Shown piece after piece: positions 1 to 10,609 of a DNA stretch of 64,000 bases. The stretch lies in NCBI GenBank assembly GCA_965242965.1, contig OZ251518.1:480001-544000 (forward strand), written 5' to 3'. The stretch is from Candidatus Poribacteria bacterium (lineage in GTDB: Bacteria; Poribacteria; WGA-4E; WGA-3G). The position numbers and the translations under genes were made by a program. Numbering within the stretch: position 1 is the stretch's first letter; every line of letters begins with the position of its first letter. The notes under the pieces are model-generated. The model made no database searches, was not told where the DNA came from, and saw only the letters and a list, made by a program, of their open reading frames with translations.

Positions 1-88
1 TTGACATAGGTTTTGATTTGTGTTACCCTATTAAACGCCACGCTCGGGTGGAACTTTTTCTGTCCGTGCAATATAACTAAAGAGAGGA

Positions 89-421
89 GTGCTTATGATT
101 CCCCCAATCACGCAGCTGATTATCCGCATTGAGCAGCTAGAATGGGAGCTGCGAGAGGTGAAAGAGGCGTTAGTGGAACTAGAAAGTCCGGTGCTGAAGG
201 ACTTGACACCGGAGGAACGGTTGACTGCGCACACCGCGCGGTATCAAGCTCAAAAGGAGCGGATGCGGCCTGCGATTGAAAAAGTGCTCGGGAAACCGAA
301 GCCTGATTCTGAACTTCCCACCGCCGAGGAACTTCAGCGGCGTTCGCTAGAAGATGGCATAAACCCAGAGGACAATGTTTTTAGCAGCCTCATTACCGAA
401 GAACGGGAGAGGGAACGCTAG
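89..421 (+). CDS. Putative antitoxin of a VapBC-like pair
   Basis: 110 aa acidic/helical ORF after an RBS (gaggag); stop overlaps the start of the PIN gene; C-terminal FSSLITEERER resembles VapB-type tails. Confidence 0.65.
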   Translation: MLMIPPITQLIIRIEQLEWELREVKEALVELESPVLKDLTPEERLTAHTARYQAQKERMRPAIEKVLGKPKPDSELPTAEELQRRSLEDGINPEDNVFSSLITEERERER

Positions 422-918
422 TGAACTTTTTCTGGGTAGACGGGAATGCAGGTGTTAAACGGTATATCACGGAAGACGGGACACCGCTCATCAATTATTT
501 CTTTGATCAGGTTCCGCTCAGCCGGATGTTTTTCTTGTTTGACGGTGCAGGCGAGGTAATCAGCGTTTTCGTCCGCCGTTACAATGACAAGACGATTACT
601 GCAACGCGTTTTAGTGAGATTCGGCAGCAATTTGAAACCGAATTCATCCGACGTGATGAAGTTGTGTTGATATCGCCAACTGCGAATCAAATAACGGAAT
701 CTTGGGACTTGATTGAAGCGCATTCAGTCAACTGCACCGATGCAATTATTCTGCAGTGCGCGCTGGCTCAAGCGAATGTTTTGCTGCCAAGGGGAGACGG
801 GCTGGTACTAGTGAGCTCCGATCAGCGGCTCCTTGGTGCCGCTAGACGCGAAGGACTCCTGACATTCGATGCGGAAATCGATAGTCAAGAAGTCTTGGAT
901 GTCCTCATCAATCAATGA
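421..918 (+). CDS. PIN-domain (VapC-like) ribonuclease toxin
   Basis: N-terminal FWVDGNAGVKRY, central DAIILQCAL and C-terminal VSSDQRLLGAARREGL match the PIN acidic-residue pattern. Confidence 0.8.
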   Translation: MNFFWVDGNAGVKRYITEDGTPLINYFFDQVPLSRMFFLFDGAGEVISVFVRRYNDKTITATRFSEIRQQFETEFIRRDEVVLISPTANQITESWDLIEAHSVNCTDAIILQCALAQANVLLPRGDGLVLVSSDQRLLGAARREGLLTFDAEIDSQEVLDVLINQ

Positions 919-1036
919 ACAGTTGTCTCCTAAATCCTTTGGAGGGATTTGCCCAACTGTCCCTATATGTTTTCAAAGCGCGCTACCTTCGCTACAAGAT
1001 GAAGGAATGATGCCCTTACGAACGGGGCAATACACA

Positions 1037-1420
1037 ATGATGCCACAAAATTTGAGATACATGGAAAGCCATGAATGGGCGCGGCGGGAAGAAGATGTCG
1101 TCACTGTCGGCATTACCGACTACGCCCAGGCGGAAATTCAGGATATTGTCTACGTTGAGCTGCCCGAAGTCGGCACGCACGTCACACAGAAAACGGAGTT
1201 CGGCGTGATAGAATCTGTCAAGGCCGCGTTCGACCTTTACGCGCCTGTCAGTGGCGAGGTTATCGCTGTTAATGACACGCTTGTTGACGCGCCGGAATAT
1301 GTCAATACCTCGCCTTACGAAGATGGGTGGTTGATAAAAATCCGAACGGACGCGCCAGCGGAACTTGAGGCTCTTCTTGATGCAACTGGGTATCAAGCAC
1401 ACATTGAGGAGGAGAATTGA
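1037..1420 (+). CDS. gcvH: Glycine cleavage system H protein
   Basis: [13 protein letters not shown], lipoyl motif [29 protein letters not shown]; start placed at ATG 1037 rather than the 869 ORF start. Confidence 0.95.
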   Translation: MMPQNLRYMESHEWARREEDVVTVGITDYAQAEIQDIVYVELPEVGTHVTQKTEFGVIESVKAAFDLYAPVSGEVIAVNDTLVDAPEYVNTSPYEDGWLIKIRTDAPAELEALLDATGYQAHIEEEN

Positions 1421-4320
1421 CGTATCAAATGACATCCCCCTTCGCAAATCGCCACATCGGCCCGCGCGCCGAAGACATCATGGAGATGTTAGCCGCCCTC
1501 GGTTACGCTTCAATGGCGGATTTTATTGACGACGTTGTGCCAGAGGATATTCGGTTCCAACCGTCTATCAAGCCCGGGAGGGTTCTCCTACCGGGGATGT
1601 CGGAATCCGAGATGCTTGCGGCGTTAAAGCGGCTCGCTGCGGATAACCGCGTCTACCGTTCCTATATCGGCACGGGTTACTATAACTGTATCGTGCCGCC
1701 GGTTATTCAACGAAACATCCTCGAAAATCCGGGGTGGTATACCCAATACACGCCTTATCAAGCGGAAATCTCGCAAGGACGGTTGGAGGCGTTGCTCAAT
1801 TTCCAGACGATGGTGATTGACTTGACAGGGCTTCCTGTCGCGAATGCCTCGCTTTTAGACGAAGCCACCGCCGCCGCTGAGGCGATGGGGATGTGTTTCG
1901 CTGCGGCACCTGCGCGTTTAAAAAGAGCCCCTACCGGTAGGACTGAGTCGGGCACCTTTTTCGTTTCGGAGACGTGTCATCCCCAGACAATCGCGGTGTT
2001 GCAGACGCGTGCCGAACCCCTCGGCATCCAATTGCGCATCGGTAACCATCGGGAAGTGGATTTCGATGAACCGATTCTCGGCGCGATTGTCCAATATCCT
2101 GCAACAGATGGAACAATTCACGACTACCGCGGCTTCGCCGAACAGGTGCATAACGCCGGGGGGTTGCTCGTTACTGCAGCAGACCTGCTTGCGTTAACAC
2201 TCCTGAAACCGCCCGGCGAATTTGGTGCTGACATTGCCATCGGTAGTGCGCAACGATTCGGCGTGCCGCTTGGCTATGGCGGCCCGCACGCGGCGTTCCT
2301 CTCAACACGTGAAGAGTTCAAACGTCGTATCCCCGGGCGCATCGCAGGCGTATCACACGATGTCACCGGGAAGCCTGCCACCCGATTAGCACTCCAGACG
2401 CGAGAACAACATATCCGCCGCGAAAAGGCGACGAGCAACATTTGCACCGCACAGGTGCTACTCGCTGTAATGGCGGGGATGTATGCTGTCTATCACGGAC
2501 AGGCGGGATTGAAGGGCATTGCGGAACGCGTTCACGCTTTAACTTGCATGCTTCGGACGGGCCTTGAGAAAGCAGGATATGCGATAGGTGATGCTCCCTA
2601 TTTTGATACGCTGTGTATTCAAACGCCTGCCGCCGAAGAAATTCACGCCGCCGCCCGCGCGAAACAGATAAATCTTCGTCCTATCGATGCAACGCACATC
2701 GGTATATCGCTGGACGAGACGACGAGAGAGGCTGATGTTGCGGAACTTCTTGAGATTTTTGGTGGCGTGCCGCAGCCTGTTGAAATTGAGAACGGTGGGG
2801 CGCGCCTACGGGGGATTCCTGAAAAATTCCAACGAAAGACACCCTACCTCACGCACCCTGTTTTCAATAGTTACCACTCTGAAACGGAGATGCTCCGGTA
2901 TATCCACAAACTCCAAGCGAAAGATCTTTCCTTAGTCAACGCGATGATTCCGCTGGGTTCATGCACGATGAAGCTCAACGCCACGGCGGAGATGGTGCCG
3001 GTGACATGGCCGGCATTCAGCGATATTCACCCGTTTGTCCCGGCAAAACAGGCAAAAGGGTATCACGCCTTGTTTGAACAGTTGGAGGCATGGTTGGTAG
3101 AGATAACCGGCTATAGTGGTATCTCCTTGCAACCGAATGCCGGTTCGCAGGGAGAATACGCCGGTCTGCTCGTTATCCGTAAGTATCACCACAGTCGAGG
3201 CGAGGCGCATCGGAACGTCTGCTTAATTCCCACTTCTGCGCACGGCACAAATCCTGCGAGTGCTGTCATGGCAGGGATGCAAGTTGTCGTTGTGGCGTGC
3301 GATGCGGCAGGCAACGTTGATTTAGCCGACTTGCGCGAGAAGGCGGAAACGTATCGCGAAACGCTTGCCGCCGCCATGCTCACCTATCCCTCAACGCACG
3401 GTGTGTTTGAAAAAGAGATTCGCGAAATATGCGATATTGTGCATCGTGCGGGTGGGCAAGTCTACATGGACGGTGCGAATCTCAACGCGCTTGTCGGGCT
3501 CAGCCGGCCTGCGGATATCGGTACCGATGTGTGTCATCTCAATCTGCATAAAACGTTTTGCATCCCGCACGGTGGTGGAGGTCCGGGGATGGGCCCCATC
3601 GGTGTAAAGGCGCATCTCGTTGACTTTTTACCGACGCATCCGATTGTTTCAATGCGAAGTGATGCGTCTCAGGCGATAGGCCCCGTTTCAGCGGCACCGT
3701 GGGGGAGTCCCGGTATCCTCCCGATTTCTTGGGCGTATATCGCCATGATGGGAGCAGATGGCCTGAAATCTGCGACAGAGGTGGCTATTCTCAACGCTAA
3801 CTACATTGCGAAGCGGTTGGTGGGGCACTATCCTATCCTCTATACTGCGGAGAATGGCCGCGTCGCGCACGAGTGCATCATTGATGTTCGCGATTTTAAG
3901 AAAACGGCAAATGTTGACGTAACCGATGTCGCCAAACGACTGATGGACTATGGATTTCACGCCCCCACTGTTTCGTGGCCCGTGCCTGGGACAATGATGA
4001 TTGAACCGACAGAGAGCGAATCTCTCGCGGAACTTGAACGGTTTTGTGACGCGCTCATTTCTATCCGCGAAGAGATTGCAGAGATTGAGAGTGGTGCTGC
4101 GGATAGGCAAGACAACGTCCTCAAAAACGCGCCGCACACAGTAGATGCGGTGACACAGACAGTTTGGCAGCATGCTTACACGCGCGAGGCTGCCGCTTTT
4201 CCAAAGCCGTGGGTGCGCGAGCATAAATTTTGGCCGGCTGTTGCCCGGATTAACGAAGTTCACGGCGACAGAAATCTGGTTTGTGCTTGTCCGCCGCTGA
4301 GTGCATATTCGGGGACGTAG
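1417..4320 (+). CDS. gcvP: Glycine dehydrogenase (decarboxylating), single-chain P protein
   Basis: [34 protein letters not shown] motif [18 protein letters not shown]; the start may be ATG 1429. Confidence 0.97.
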   Translation: MTYQMTSPFANRHIGPRAEDIMEMLAALGYASMADFIDDVVPEDIRFQPSIKPGRVLLPGMSESEMLAALKRLAADNRVYRSYIGTGYYNCIVPPVIQRNILENPGWYTQYTPYQAEISQGRLEALLNFQTMVIDLTGLPVANASLLDEATAAAEAMGMCFAAAPARLKRAPTGRTESGTFFVSETCHPQTIAVLQTRAEPLGIQLRIGNHREVDFDEPILGAIVQYPATDGTIHDYRGFAEQVHNAGGLLVTAADLLALTLLKPPGEFGADIAIGSAQRFGVPLGYGGPHAAFLSTREEFKRRIPGRIAGVSHDVTGKPATRLALQTREQHIRREKATSNICTAQVLLAVMAGMYAVYHGQAGLKGIAERVHALTCMLRTGLEKAGYAIGDAPYFDTLCIQTPAAEEIHAAARAKQINLRPIDATHIGISLDETTREADVAELLEIFGGVPQPVEIENGGARLRGIPEKFQRKTPYLTHPVFNSYHSETEMLRYIHKLQAKDLSLVNAMIPLGSCTMKLNATAEMVPVTWPAFSDIHPFVPAKQAKGYHALFEQLEAWLVEITGYSGISLQPNAGSQGEYAGLLVIRKYHHSRGEAHRNVCLIPTSAHGTNPASAVMAGMQVVVVACDAAGNVDLADLREKAETYRETLAAAMLTYPSTHGVFEKEIREICDIVHRAGGQVYMDGANLNALVGLSRPADIGTDVCHLNLHKTFCIPHGGGGPGMGPIGVKAHLVDFLPTHPIVSMRSDASQAIGPVSAAPWGSPGILPISWAYIAMMGADGLKSATEVAILNANYIAKRLVGHYPILYTAENGRVAHECIIDVRDFKKTANVDVTDVAKRLMDYGFHAPTVSWPVPGTMMIEPTESESLAELERFCDALISIREEIAEIESGAADRQDNVLKNAPHTVDAVTQTVWQHAYTREAAAFPKPWVREHKFWPAVARINEVHGDRNLVCACPPLSAYSGT

Positions 4321-4340
4321 GGAGAGAGGTGTCATGGCTT

Positions 4341-5747
4341 ATGAAGGCAATAATTATCGGGGCGGGAGAAGTTGGATTTCATACCGCCCAACTATTAACG
4401 CGTGAAGAACACGATGTCGTGTTGATTGACGAATCCGAGGAAGCGTGCGAGCGAGTGAACGAGCAGTTGGACATGCAGACGCTTTGCGGTTCAGGTGCGT
4501 CGCCGCGCCTCATTGATGCTGCGGGGATTGATGAGGCAGAGCTGCTCATCGCGGTTACCAACGTGGATGAGATTAACATGCTGGCATGCCAGATAGCGAG
4601 TCTCCATACGGACTGTATTAAGATTGCGCGCGTCTCCAATCCGGACTATTTCATTCCCGGGAGTGGGCTTGAGCCCAAGGATTTTGGCATCGATTTGCTG
4701 GTGAATCCGGAGCAGTTGTGCGCCGCTGAATTTGTCCGATTGCTCAAGACACCCGAAGCGCGCGAGATTGTTGAATTTGAGAGTGGCAAAGTCCAACTCG
4801 TCTCTTTTCGCGTGAGGCAGTCAAACCCGTTTATCGGCACATCGCTTGCGGCATTAGACGAAAAAGGGCTCTTGGCAGACATTCGTTTTGCCGCCATTAA
4901 CCGCCGGAAGCGTACCAGCGAAAGACAGCATCCGGGGGAAGCGTCGCGGTATATTATTATCCCGCGCGGCACAGATGTCTTGCAACAAGGCGATGATGTA
5001 TTTGTGATTGGGAGTGCTGTCGCGGTGGAGCAGCTGCTCCGTCTCAGCGGCATCATGTTTAACGAGCACCTGGAGCGCGTTATCATCGCTGGCGCGAGCC
5101 CTATCGGTATCCAACTCGCTCGGGCTTTAGAGGAAAACGGCACGAATGTCAAACTGATTGAGGCAAACCAGGCGCGCGCTGAAGTGGCATCGCAGCTCTT
5201 GAAGCGCACCACCGTCTTGCACGGCGACTACCTTCAATTTCGGCTCCTTGAAGAAGCCGGCGTGACAGAGGTGAACGGCTTTGTTTCTGTCACCGGTGAC
5301 GATGAAGACGACATTATGGCGTGCATGACAGCAAAGGAGCACGGTGCGCAGCGCGTCCTCGCGCTTATCCAGCAGCCGCACTATCTGCCGCTGTTAGCGC
5401 GGATTCCGAGGCTTGATGGTGTAGTGAGTCGGCATCTTGCTGTCGTGAGTAATATCCTCCGCCTCATCCGCCGCGGTCAGATTATTTCTGTCGCCTCGCT
5501 CCATGGGATAGAAGCGGAGGTGATTGAAATTGTGGCGGGAGTCAACGCTAAAATTGTCCATAAAGAGCTCTCTTCGTTCAAAAAGAAATTTCCGCAGGAT
5601 GCCGTCATCGGTGCCGTTATTCGGCGTGAGAAACTCATTATTCCCACCGGGGCGAGCGTCATCCAACCGGCAGACAAGGTGATTGTGTTTAGCAGGCCGA
5701 AAGCGATACCGGTTGTCGAAGATCTGTTCGCAGAACGTAGGAATTAG
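4341..5747 (+). CDS. trkA: Trk K+ uptake NAD-binding subunit
   Basis: MKAIIIGAGEVG, two RCK N/C repeats, IIPRG/IIPTG motifs; followed by trkH. Confidence 0.93.
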   Translation: MKAIIIGAGEVGFHTAQLLTREEHDVVLIDESEEACERVNEQLDMQTLCGSGASPRLIDAAGIDEAELLIAVTNVDEINMLACQIASLHTDCIKIARVSNPDYFIPGSGLEPKDFGIDLLVNPEQLCAAEFVRLLKTPEAREIVEFESGKVQLVSFRVRQSNPFIGTSLAALDEKGLLADIRFAAINRRKRTSERQHPGEASRYIIIPRGTDVLQQGDDVFVIGSAVAVEQLLRLSGIMFNEHLERVIIAGASPIGIQLARALEENGTNVKLIEANQARAEVASQLLKRTTVLHGDYLQFRLLEEAGVTEVNGFVSVTGDDEDDIMACMTAKEHGAQRVLALIQQPHYLPLLARIPRLDGVVSRHLAVVSNILRLIRRGQIISVASLHGIEAEVIEIVAGVNAKIVHKELSSFKKKFPQDAVIGAVIRREKLIIPTGASVIQPADKVIVFSRPKAIPVVEDLFAERRN

Positions 5748-5749
5748 GG

Positions 5750-5800
5750 GAGCAGGATTTCCAAGGTTACGTTTCACGTTTGATAATAGTTTGTCCAACG
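5750..5800. repeat. 9-bp-period CAGGATTTC/AATCCTG repeat family (R4)
   Basis: gagcaggatttccaaggttacgtttcacgtttgataa is the reverse complement of the copy at 15395-15447 and resembles 20500-20560. Confidence 0.7.
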
Positions 5801-5828
5801 ATGATGGGATGCGAGGTGGCTGTCCTAC

Positions 5829-7334
5829 ATGAGCCGTAAACTCATTTTTCACACGCTCGGCAATTTATTAATGTCGCTTGCCGGCACCATGCTCCTGCCG
5901 GTGGTAGTGGCACTCTACTACCAGAACTGGGGTGGGCAGACAGAAACCGACCTGGGTGCGTTTGTGATTTCCGCTGTGCTGACATTAGTCGTCGGCTTGA
6001 TCCTCCGCTTCAGTGTGCGAGGACAGCAGCAGGAACTCGGCATCCGCGAGAGTTTCGCTGTCGTGGCGTTGGGGTGGATAATCGTCGCGCTCTTCGGCGC
6101 GTTTCCTTATCTCATCGCAAACGTGTTTGAAGCGGAGGGACGCACGCCGTGGACAGAATTCTCTTTCTGCTACTTTGAGTCAATGTCCGGCTTTTCGACA
6201 ACCGGCGCGACCTGCCTCACCGAAATTGAGCATCTCTCTCACGCTGTCTTATTCTGGCGGAGCTTCTCGCACTGGCTAGGTGGGATGGGCATCGTTGTCT
6301 TCGCAGTGGCGATTCTACCGATGCTCGGTGTCGGCGGTATGCAGCTCTTTCGCGCCGAAGCACCCGGCCCGCAAATAGAACGGCTCACGCCGCGCATCAC
6401 GCAAACTGCCAAACTGCTTTGGAGTGTGTATGTCCTCCTCTCAGCGATTGAAACGGTGTTGCTGGTTTTCGGCGGCATGTCGCTTTTTGATGCGCTGTGC
6501 CACACCTTCGGCACGATGGCGACAGGCGGGTTTTCCACTAAGAACCTCAGCATCGCGCATTACAACAGCGTCTATGTTGACATGGTAATCTGCTGCTTCA
6601 TGTTCCTCGCAGGCACTAATTTTGCCTTGCATTACCGCATGCTGCGCGGCGATTTCAAGGCATATTTCCAAGATACCGAATTCCGATTTTATTGCCTCGT
6701 CATCGGTGTCAGCATCGTTTTAGTCTCGTGGAATACCGTCACTTTTCCGGTTGACGGACAGATTCCCTACGATTCAATGTGGCCATCGTTGCGCGATGCT
6801 ACCTTCCAGGTGCTTGCAATTATCACGACGACTGGCTACGGCACCGCGGACTTTGAAAAATGGCCCTATCTCTCGCAGTTCATCCTCGTAACGCTGATGT
6901 TCTACGGAGGGTGCGCCGGTTCAACCGGCGGCGGAATGAAGCAGGTGCGGTTCTTGCTTTTGATTAAACAGAGCGGCGCGGAAATCAAGCGGCTCCTTTT
7001 CCCGCACGCCGTGCTGCCCATCCGGATTAACGACAGGGTGGTGCCACCGGAAGTGATGACGAATGTCCTCGGATTTTTCTTCTTTTTTATCGGCATTTTT
7101 GCTATTGTGACATGCGTGATGGCGACGCTGGGGATGGATTTGGTGAGCGCGGCGGCTTGCACAATTGCAACGATGGGGAATATCGGACCGGGGCTCGGCA
7201 CCGTAGGGCCCACGGATAACTACGCGCATATCCATACTGCTGGAAAGTTTATCCTCTCCTTCTGCATGCTCTTGGGACGTTTGGAACTTTACACCGTGCT
7301 GATTCTGTTTTCGCCGAATTTTTGGCGGAAGTAA
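5829..7334 (+). CDS. trkH: Trk K+ uptake membrane subunit
   Basis: FESMSGFSTTGAT, WLGGMGIVV, TGGFS, GCAGSTGGGMK, NIGPGLG, LGRLELYT. Confidence 0.95.
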   Translation: MSRKLIFHTLGNLLMSLAGTMLLPVVVALYYQNWGGQTETDLGAFVISAVLTLVVGLILRFSVRGQQQELGIRESFAVVALGWIIVALFGAFPYLIANVFEAEGRTPWTEFSFCYFESMSGFSTTGATCLTEIEHLSHAVLFWRSFSHWLGGMGIVVFAVAILPMLGVGGMQLFRAEAPGPQIERLTPRITQTAKLLWSVYVLLSAIETVLLVFGGMSLFDALCHTFGTMATGGFSTKNLSIAHYNSVYVDMVICCFMFLAGTNFALHYRMLRGDFKAYFQDTEFRFYCLVIGVSIVLVSWNTVTFPVDGQIPYDSMWPSLRDATFQVLAIITTTGYGTADFEKWPYLSQFILVTLMFYGGCAGSTGGGMKQVRFLLLIKQSGAEIKRLLFPHAVLPIRINDRVVPPEVMTNVLGFFFFFIGIFAIVTCVMATLGMDLVSAAACTIATMGNIGPGLGTVGPTDNYAHIHTAGKFILSFCMLLGRLELYTVLILFSPNFWRK

Positions 7335-7465
7335 TAGGCAATTCAGTTGTCGTTCGGGCTCGCCGGCAGCCCAGGCCAAACGAGTCACGCTCGGACGAGT
7401 TGATTTTCCTACAGAGACGATACAAATCAGTTTAATTTCATATTACGCAGAGTGAACTCGGAAGG

Positions 7466-7556
7466 CACATTAAGGACCTAAAGGCCCTTAGGGTTCTTCG
7501 CGAACCGATATGCTATAGACATGAAAGGTCTAAAGGACCTAATGCTATAAACATGC
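7466..7556. repeat. Partial copy of the AGGTCC-n-GGACCT repeat element (R3)
   Basis: ttaaggacctaaaggcccttagggttcttcgcg...gctatagacat matches 42160-42215 and 55405-55470. Confidence 0.75.
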
Positions 7557-7708
7557 CTCTCCGAACGGAACTGAACAGCGTTTTTGCTAAATAAAAACCT
7601 TGATTTTATTTTTGGAATTTGTCATTATTCTATCAGAAACTTTATCCAAAACGTTGCGGGACGCGTTTCAATACGTTCCCGCGCAACATTACGAGGAGAT
7701 CTACGCTC

Positions 7709-10486
7709 ATGAAAAAGACGCTCATTGCCGTTTTGGTACTGCTCTTAACGGCCACGCTATTTATCACGAACACTACCGCACAAGAAAAAATCACCGGCCC
7801 GTGGCTCTGGATTATTGCGCCAACCGAGGCAAACGAAGGTGGTGCGAATTCCATTGATATTGATTCACTTGCGATTGCCAGCGGAGGCACTGTCACCGAA
7901 TCAGACATCGCCGCAAACGGTGCAAACGCAGGCGGCCGGATAGGGAATTTTGTTTGGACGCTCGGTGAGATTTCGGAGACAGGCGGAGACAATATCAACG
8001 AGTGCCTCAACCGCATCGGCATGATAAACGGCGACGTAAACGACCATTCCTCATACGCGCTATTTCAGTTTAAGGTAGACACCGCCTTGCACGGCGTGAC
8101 GATGCTCGTCGGCAGCGATGACGCTATCAAAGTGTGGCTTAACGGCAAAGTCGTGCATACCAATGCCGTTAACCGCGGGGCAGGCGACTTCCAAGACGAA
8201 TTCCAAGTCAATCTCGTCGCAGGCGATAATCTGTTGCTGGTGAAAGTCAGTGAGCGTGGCGGTGGCTGGAGCATGTTTGTTGGTATAGATGCCTTTCTAG
8301 GAGAAATTGGAGAAATTGTCTCCATACCGGATCTCAACTTAGCATCAGCGATTCGCGAAGCTGCCCAACTACCTTCCGGTACGCCAATCACAACACGGAC
8401 AATGCAAGGGTTACAGGGAATTCAAATCCGCAATCGCGGGATAAGAGACCTCACAGGTCTACAACTGGCGATGAATCTGCAACAATTGGTCTTGGAAGAT
8501 GAGTCATTGATAGCAGATTTTTCACCCCTTGAAAAATTGCCACAACTGACATCGCTATCTCTCAACGGCAGCGCTGTCTGGAATGTAGCTCCCCTAGCAA
8601 ATCTTACGCAATTGAAGGCACTGAGTCTCCGCGAAACCGCTATTGATTTGTCGTTTCTCGCCTCCCTTACACAATTAGATACACTGGATCTCAGCAGCAC
8701 GGGTGTTTCGGATGTGTCGCCGCTCGCCTCCCTCACACAGTTGGAAACGCTGGATCTCAGCAGCACGGGTGTTTCGGATGTGTCGCCGCTCGCGAGTCTT
8801 ACGCAATTGCAGACGTTGAATCTCGGCAGCACGGGTGTTTCGGATGTGTCGCCGCTCGCCTCCCTCACACAGTTGGAAACGCTGGATCTCAGCAGCACGG
8901 GTGTTTCGGATGTGTCGCCGCTCGCGAGTCTTACGCAATTGCAGACGCTGGATCTCCGTAGCACGGGTGTTTCGGATGTGTCGCCGCTCGCGAGTCTTAC
9001 GCAATTGCAGACGCTGAATCTCCGTAGCACGGGTGTTTCAGATGTGGTTCCTCTTGCAAATCTCACACAATTGGAAAAACTAGAAATCAACAACACCGGT
9101 GTGGTAGATGTGGTTCCTCTTGCAAATCTCACACAATTGAAAGCGTTGAATCTTGCCGGCACAGATCTTTCAGACATAGTTCCTCTTGCAAATCTCACAC
9201 AATTGGAATGGTTAGATCTCGGCAGCACAGATGTCTGGGATGTGACACCGTTCACAAGCCTTACACAGTTGGAGTGGCTGAATCTCACCAACACAGATGT
9301 TTCGGATGTGACATCTCTTACAAATCTCACGCAATTGAAGGTACTGAATCTCAATAGCACCGATGTAGCAGATATGTCACTCTGGGTCATAGGCAATCTG
9401 CGTCTGAAGAACTGCCCGCTGAGTTACACCACTATCCACACGTATATTCCCGCGATGCAGGCGAGGGGGATAGGGGTGGAATTTGACAACGTCGCGCATC
9501 CCGCCCTATTGAAAATTTCTGGCGATGGGCAGGAAGGCGAACTCGGGGTGCCGTTAGAAAAACCGTTTTTTGTGAAAGCGATGGCTGAACACGGTAAACC
9601 AATGGTAGGGAGAACAGTTCAATTTGATATCCTTGAGGGCCGCGGGACGCTCAGTTCCAACACCGTGAAGACAGATGCAAGCGGAAATGCACGGGTAACC
9701 CTCACGCTCGGTAGAACTACTGGGGTGAACAAAGTCAAGGCGAGTGTCGTGGGTATCCGTTCTTGGGTATTATTCACAGCTATTGCTATAGGGACGGCCT
9801 CCGAATTTGCGCTAGATGTGAACGGTGATGGCGTGGTGAATATTCTGGATTTGACAGCGGTTTCAGGTCAGTTCGGAGAGACTGGCGAAAATCGCGCCGA
9901 TGTGAACGGTGATGGTGCCGTTAACATTCAGGATTTAGTGTTGGTTGCGGGTGCTTTTGGGGAGGGCGCGGCTGCGCCGCCGGCGCGGGCGGTTTCGCAG
10001 GCGCGTCTGACTGCCTCGGATGTAGAGCGGTGGTTGGGTGAGGCGCGTGCCATAGGAGGGACATCCCTGTCCCGATATGAAATGCATCGAGACCAGGAGG
10101 TCTCTCCTACCGGGAAGAGTCAAGACCAGGAGGCTATCCTACAACTGCGTGGAATTGTGGCACTGGAGCAGCTCCTTGCTAATCTGATTCCGAAGGAGAC
10201 AGCACTGCTGCCAAACTACCCCAATCCGTTTAATCCAGAGACGTGGATACCGTATCAATTGGCAAACCCTGCGGAGGTGACGGTGACGATTTATGCGGCG
10301 AACGGTGCGGTGGTGCGGACTTTGGACTTTGGGCATCGGCGTGCGAGGAGTTATGCGAGTCGAAGTCGTGCTGCGTATTGGGATGGCCGCAATGCACAGG
10401 GAGAGTCTGTTGCAAGCGGGGTCTATTTCTATACGCTCACGGCGGGAGATTTCGCAGCGACGCGGAAGATGCTAATTTTGAAGTAG
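7709..10486 (+). CDS. Secreted LRR protein with N-terminal PA14-like region, Ig-like domain, dockerin-like repeats and FlgD/T9SS-like C-terminal domain
   Basis: RBS gaggag and signal peptide MKKTLIAVLVLLL; GSDDAIKVWLNG; 22-aa LRRs; ISGDGQEG Ig-like start; two DVNGDGxVNIxDL motifs; LLPNYPNPFNPETWIPYQL...SGVYFYTL...RKMLILK. Confidence 0.88.
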   Translation: MKKTLIAVLVLLLTATLFITNTTAQEKITGPWLWIIAPTEANEGGANSIDIDSLAIASGGTVTESDIAANGANAGGRIGNFVWTLGEISETGGDNINECLNRIGMINGDVNDHSSYALFQFKVDTALHGVTMLVGSDDAIKVWLNGKVVHTNAVNRGAGDFQDEFQVNLVAGDNLLLVKVSERGGGWSMFVGIDAFLGEIGEIVSIPDLNLASAIREAAQLPSGTPITTRTMQGLQGIQIRNRGIRDLTGLQLAMNLQQLVLEDESLIADFSPLEKLPQLTSLSLNGSAVWNVAPLANLTQLKALSLRETAIDLSFLASLTQLDTLDLSSTGVSDVSPLASLTQLETLDLSSTGVSDVSPLASLTQLQTLNLGSTGVSDVSPLASLTQLETLDLSSTGVSDVSPLASLTQLQTLDLRSTGVSDVSPLASLTQLQTLNLRSTGVSDVVPLANLTQLEKLEINNTGVVDVVPLANLTQLKALNLAGTDLSDIVPLANLTQLEWLDLGSTDVWDVTPFTSLTQLEWLNLTNTDVSDVTSLTNLTQLKVLNLNSTDVADMSLWVIGNLRLKNCPLSYTTIHTYIPAMQARGIGVEFDNVAHPALLKISGDGQEGELGVPLEKPFFVKAMAEHGKPMVGRTVQFDILEGRGTLSSNTVKTDASGNARVTLTLGRTTGVNKVKASVVGIRSWVLFTAIAIGTASEFALDVNGDGVVNILDLTAVSGQFGETGENRADVNGDGAVNIQDLVLVAGAFGEGAAAPPARAVSQARLTASDVERWLGEARAIGGTSLSRYEMHRDQEVSPTGKSQDQEAILQLRGIVALEQLLANLIPKETALLPNYPNPFNPETWIPYQLANPAEVTVTIYAANGAVVRTLDFGHRRARSYASRSRAAYWDGRNAQGESVASGVYFYTLTAGDFAATRKMLILK
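8684..9360 (+). repeat. 66-bp tandem repeats encoding LRR units
   Basis: Units at 8684, 8750, 8816, 8882, 8948 and 9014 share agcacgggtgtttc(g/a)gatgtg; later units are more diverged. Confidence 0.95.
10052..10142. repeat. GTAG-REP-like hairpins (class B) inside the LRR gene
   Basis: catcgagaccaggaggtctctcctac is the reverse complement of intergenic gtaggagagacctcctggtctcgatg. Confidence 0.85.
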
Positions 10487-10609
10487 TGGGACAGGCGGAG
10501 AGAGAAATCCGCCTTTACCAGACACCCGCATCTTGGAAATCTTTCTGCTAATCCTGAAGATCCTGATTCAGACTCTTAACGACAGAATAGATCTGACATT
10601 TATAGCCCT

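Noticed and set aside
919-1036. Glycine riboswitch upstream of gcvH
   Set aside because: No recognisable aptamer motifs and the gap is short; gcvT is also not in the window
8422-9396. 324-aa minus-strand ORF
   Set aside because: Antisense shadow of the LRR tandem repeats
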